DNA of 64,000 nucleotides from Alphaproteobacteria bacterium (GTDB lineage Bacteria; Pseudomonadota; Alphaproteobacteria; 16-39-46): NCBI GenBank assembly GCA_018401675.1, contig JAGYKM010000002.1, positions 2,871 to 66,870 of the forward strand, read 5' to 3'. Shown piece by piece: positions 61,543 to 64,000 of this stretch (position 1 is its first letter; each line of letters starts with the position of its first letter). The notes under the pieces were generated by a model. It saw only the letters and a program-made list of their open reading frames with translations, ran no database searches and was not told where the DNA came from. The position numbers and the translations under genes were made by a program.

Positions 61543-63339
61543 ATGAAAAATCAGCCACCCCATTCCCCTTTGTCGAATTCTGCTGTTTCCGATCGCTATA
61601 TTGTCAGAACAATCCTTAGATCCTATGTATTCCCCCATTGGCGTTCCCTTTTATGCGCTGTCCTGGCTATGATGGTTGCGGCCGGATGCACTGCCTTTAT
61701 GGCAAAACTCATGGAACCCATCATCAATGATATCTTTATAAAAAGGCAAGGAGGTAAACTTTTACAAATTTCCTTGTTTGTGCTTTGTGCTTTCTCTGTG
61801 AGAGGGTTTGCTCTGTATACTGAAGCCTACTTCATGAACTATGTAGGCCAGATGCTCATTACCACCATTCAAAAGAGTCTTTTTGCCAGCACTCTTAAAG
61901 GGGATCTCGATTTCTTTCATAACCACCCTTCTGGAGATCTTGTCTCTCGAACGATCAGCGATGTTGCTTTAATGCGCAGTGCCTTCTCCTTTGCTCTGGT
62001 CAGCTCAGCAAGATATATTATCACCTTAATGTTTCTCATTGCGTTAATGTTCTATCAAGATTGGGTTCTAGCTTTGGTGTCTTTCTTTGCATTTCCTGTG
62101 GCTTTTTACCCTATCATTAAGCTCGGCAGACGCTTGAGAAAAACCACCACCCACGCTCAGGAGCAAGTGTCTCGACTGGTATCTTTGCTATCTCAGGTTT
62201 TTCAAGGAATACGTCTTGTTAAAGCTTATGGCATGGAACGCTACGAGCGACATCGTTTAGGCGTTATCGCTGAAACAATTTTCAGCCACTCTTTCAAGTC
62301 TGCGCGTATTCGCGCCTTATCTTCTCCTATTATGGAAACATTAGGTGGACTCGCCATCACCGTGGTTATTCTGTACGGTGGATCTCAGGTTATTTCAGGA
62401 GCACGAACAGCTGGCGCATTTTTTTCTTTTATAACAGCCTTGCTTTTAGCCTATGAACCCATGAAGAAGTTATCTGTCTTAAACTCCAATGTTCAAGAGG
62501 GCTTAGCTGCCTCCAAACGGGTTTTTATGTTACTTGAGATGAAATCTAATCTCCGTTCCCCACCTCATGCTCAAGAATTAAAGGCTGTTAAGAAATCTAT
62601 TCGTTTTGAAGATATCTCATTTTCCTATCAAAGTCCTGAGGGGGAGTTAATTTCTCCCCCTGCTTTAAAAAATATTTCTTTGGAAGTTAAAGCTGGCATG
62701 AAGATAGCTTTGGTGGGCCCTAGTGGAAGTGGCAAAACGTCCTTTCTCAACCTTATTGCCCGGTTTTATGACCCCCAGAAGGGAACTATTTCTATAGATA
62801 ATCATAACATTAAAGATGTTTCTATGGAGAGCTTGAGAAATCAGTTAGCTCTTGTTACCCAAGAAGTGGTTTTATTTGATGATACCGTTAAGGATAACAT
62901 CCAATATGGCAATCTAGAGGCCTCTTTTGAAGATATTATTAAAGCCTCTAAAGCAGCTATGGCTCATGATTTCATCATGGAACTCCCCAAAGGATATGAT
63001 ACCATGGTGGGAGAGCAAGGCATCCGACTTTCAGGCGGACAGCGTCAACGGTTAGCCATTGCCCGCGCCCTTCTTCGTAACGCACCTGTTTTACTCTTAG
63101 ATGAAGCCACATCTTCCTTGGACTCTCAATCAGAACATTTTGTTCAAGCCGCTCTTGATCATTTATTGAAAGGAAGAACCGCTTTTATTATTGCCCACAG
63201 ATTGTCTACCATAAAACAAGCTGACCTCATTTGTGTGTTTGAAGAAGGAAGAATAGTTGCCCAAGGCACCCATGCTAATCTCATCAAGGAAGAAGGCTTG
63301 TATGCTCAACTCCACCGTATGCAATATTTTGAAGAGTAA
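61543..63339 (+). CDS. msbA: ABC transporter permease/ATPase, MsbA-like lipid A exporter
   Basis: 598-aa ORF with a 6-TM domain followed by an NBD carrying Walker A (GPSGSGKTS), a signature LSGGQRQR and Walker B (LLLDEATS). Confidence 0.8.
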   Translation: MKNQPPHSPLSNSAVSDRYIVRTILRSYVFPHWRSLLCAVLAMMVAAGCTAFMAKLMEPIINDIFIKRQGGKLLQISLFVLCAFSVRGFALYTEAYFMNYVGQMLITTIQKSLFASTLKGDLDFFHNHPSGDLVSRTISDVALMRSAFSFALVSSARYIITLMFLIALMFYQDWVLALVSFFAFPVAFYPIIKLGRRLRKTTTHAQEQVSRLVSLLSQVFQGIRLVKAYGMERYERHRLGVIAETIFSHSFKSARIRALSSPIMETLGGLAITVVILYGGSQVISGARTAGAFFSFITALLLAYEPMKKLSVLNSNVQEGLAASKRVFMLLEMKSNLRSPPHAQELKAVKKSIRFEDISFSYQSPEGELISPPALKNISLEVKAGMKIALVGPSGSGKTSFLNLIARFYDPQKGTISIDNHNIKDVSMESLRNQLALVTQEVVLFDDTVKDNIQYGNLEASFEDIIKASKAAMAHDFIMELPKGYDTMVGEQGIRLSGGQRQRLAIARALLRNAPVLLLDEATSSLDSQSEHFVQAALDHLLKGRTAFIIAHRLSTIKQADLICVFEEGRIVAQGTHANLIKEEGLYAQLHRMQYFEE

Positions 63340-63369
63340 TGAATCGAATTTTTCAGTAAAGTGGTCTCA

Positions 63370-64000
63370 TGGCTTGGTCTTTAAAAAAAACCATCAAACT
63401 TCCTCCCGTACAAGCTGCCATAGCTTTTGTTTTGGCTCTTTATATTCGTAGTGTCTACTGCGTTACTTCCTGGGTGACCTACCACCAAGAAATCCCGCTT
63501 TCCTATCTTTCTAGCAACAAACCGTTCATTGTCTGTTTCTGGCATGGACAACTCATGATGCTTCCTTTTGCCTGGCACCCTAAACGGCTTTTTTCAAAAC
63601 CATTTTACATGCTTATTTCTGGACATTCTGATGGGAAATTGATTTCTCGGATTGTCAAATTATTAGGCATCCACACCATTGCTGGATCCTCTACCAAAGG
63701 CGGAGATCAAGCCTTTCGTTCTATCCTCTCCCATCTCAAGGAAAACCATATTGTGGGAATTACACCAGACGGTCCCAGTGGTCCAGCTAGAAAAGCGAAA
63801 ATGGGGATAATTCTTGCCGCTTATTACGCACAATGTGATATTGTACCGGTGACCTTTTCAGCCACTAATCATAAAATCTGGAAAAGTTGGGATTCGTTCT
63901 TCTGGGCCTTCCCTAGCAAAAAAGGGGTGTTTTTTTGGGGAAATCCCATTCCTGCGCCCACTCTAAAATCCCCAGAGACTTTTGAAAATGCTAAACAGTG
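63370..64000 (+). CDS. DUF374/lysophospholipid-acyltransferase-like protein (partial, runs off the window end)
   Basis: An open frame runs from the ATG at 63370 to the window end (MAWSLKKTIKLPP...ISGHSDG..ISR......I.GSS.KGG). It follows msbA, as DUF374 genes often do. Confidence 0.5.

Overview
This window reads as a bacterial chromosomal segment with alphaproteobacterial character. The evidence is a GapR/DUF2312 gene, a Tim44-like–MltA gene pair, leuS-lptE-holA and pepA-holC synteny, and rpmI-rplT. Housekeeping genes (map, rmuC, nupC, prmA, leuS, priA, radA, msbA, tolC, mlaEF, ndk, tal, xerC/D-like) are interleaved with accessory material. The main accessory feature is a partial type VI secretion system: vgrG at 35.1-37.2 kb and a tssB-tssC-hcp-hcp-tssE-tssF-tssG block at 42.3-49.1 kb. 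The two parts are separated by polA, two orphan secreted-protein genes and a tRNA-Gly/tRNA-Glu pair. No membrane-complex genes (tssJLM), tssK, tssA or clpV are present in the window. Other accessory items are listed below.
- A 1384-aa orphan giant ORF lies beside tRNA-Gln.
- An AT-rich islet sits between tRNA-Arg/tRNA-Pro and priA. It holds 44-nt tandem repeats, an HMGL-like enzyme gene, and a YefM/YoeB toxin-antitoxin pair with a duplicated toxin fragment.
- A gene for a secreted P-loop protein with a disordered basic tail lies downstream of priA.
- Five genes (uvrD, pepP, pepA, polA and a HEAT-like repeat gene) are interrupted by short indels or in-frame stops. This indicates either reductive genome decay or indel-type sequencing error.
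Five tRNAs were found by hand-folding: Gln-TTG, Gly-CCC, Glu-TTC, Arg-TCT and Pro-TGG. No rRNA, CRISPR array or transposase was seen.
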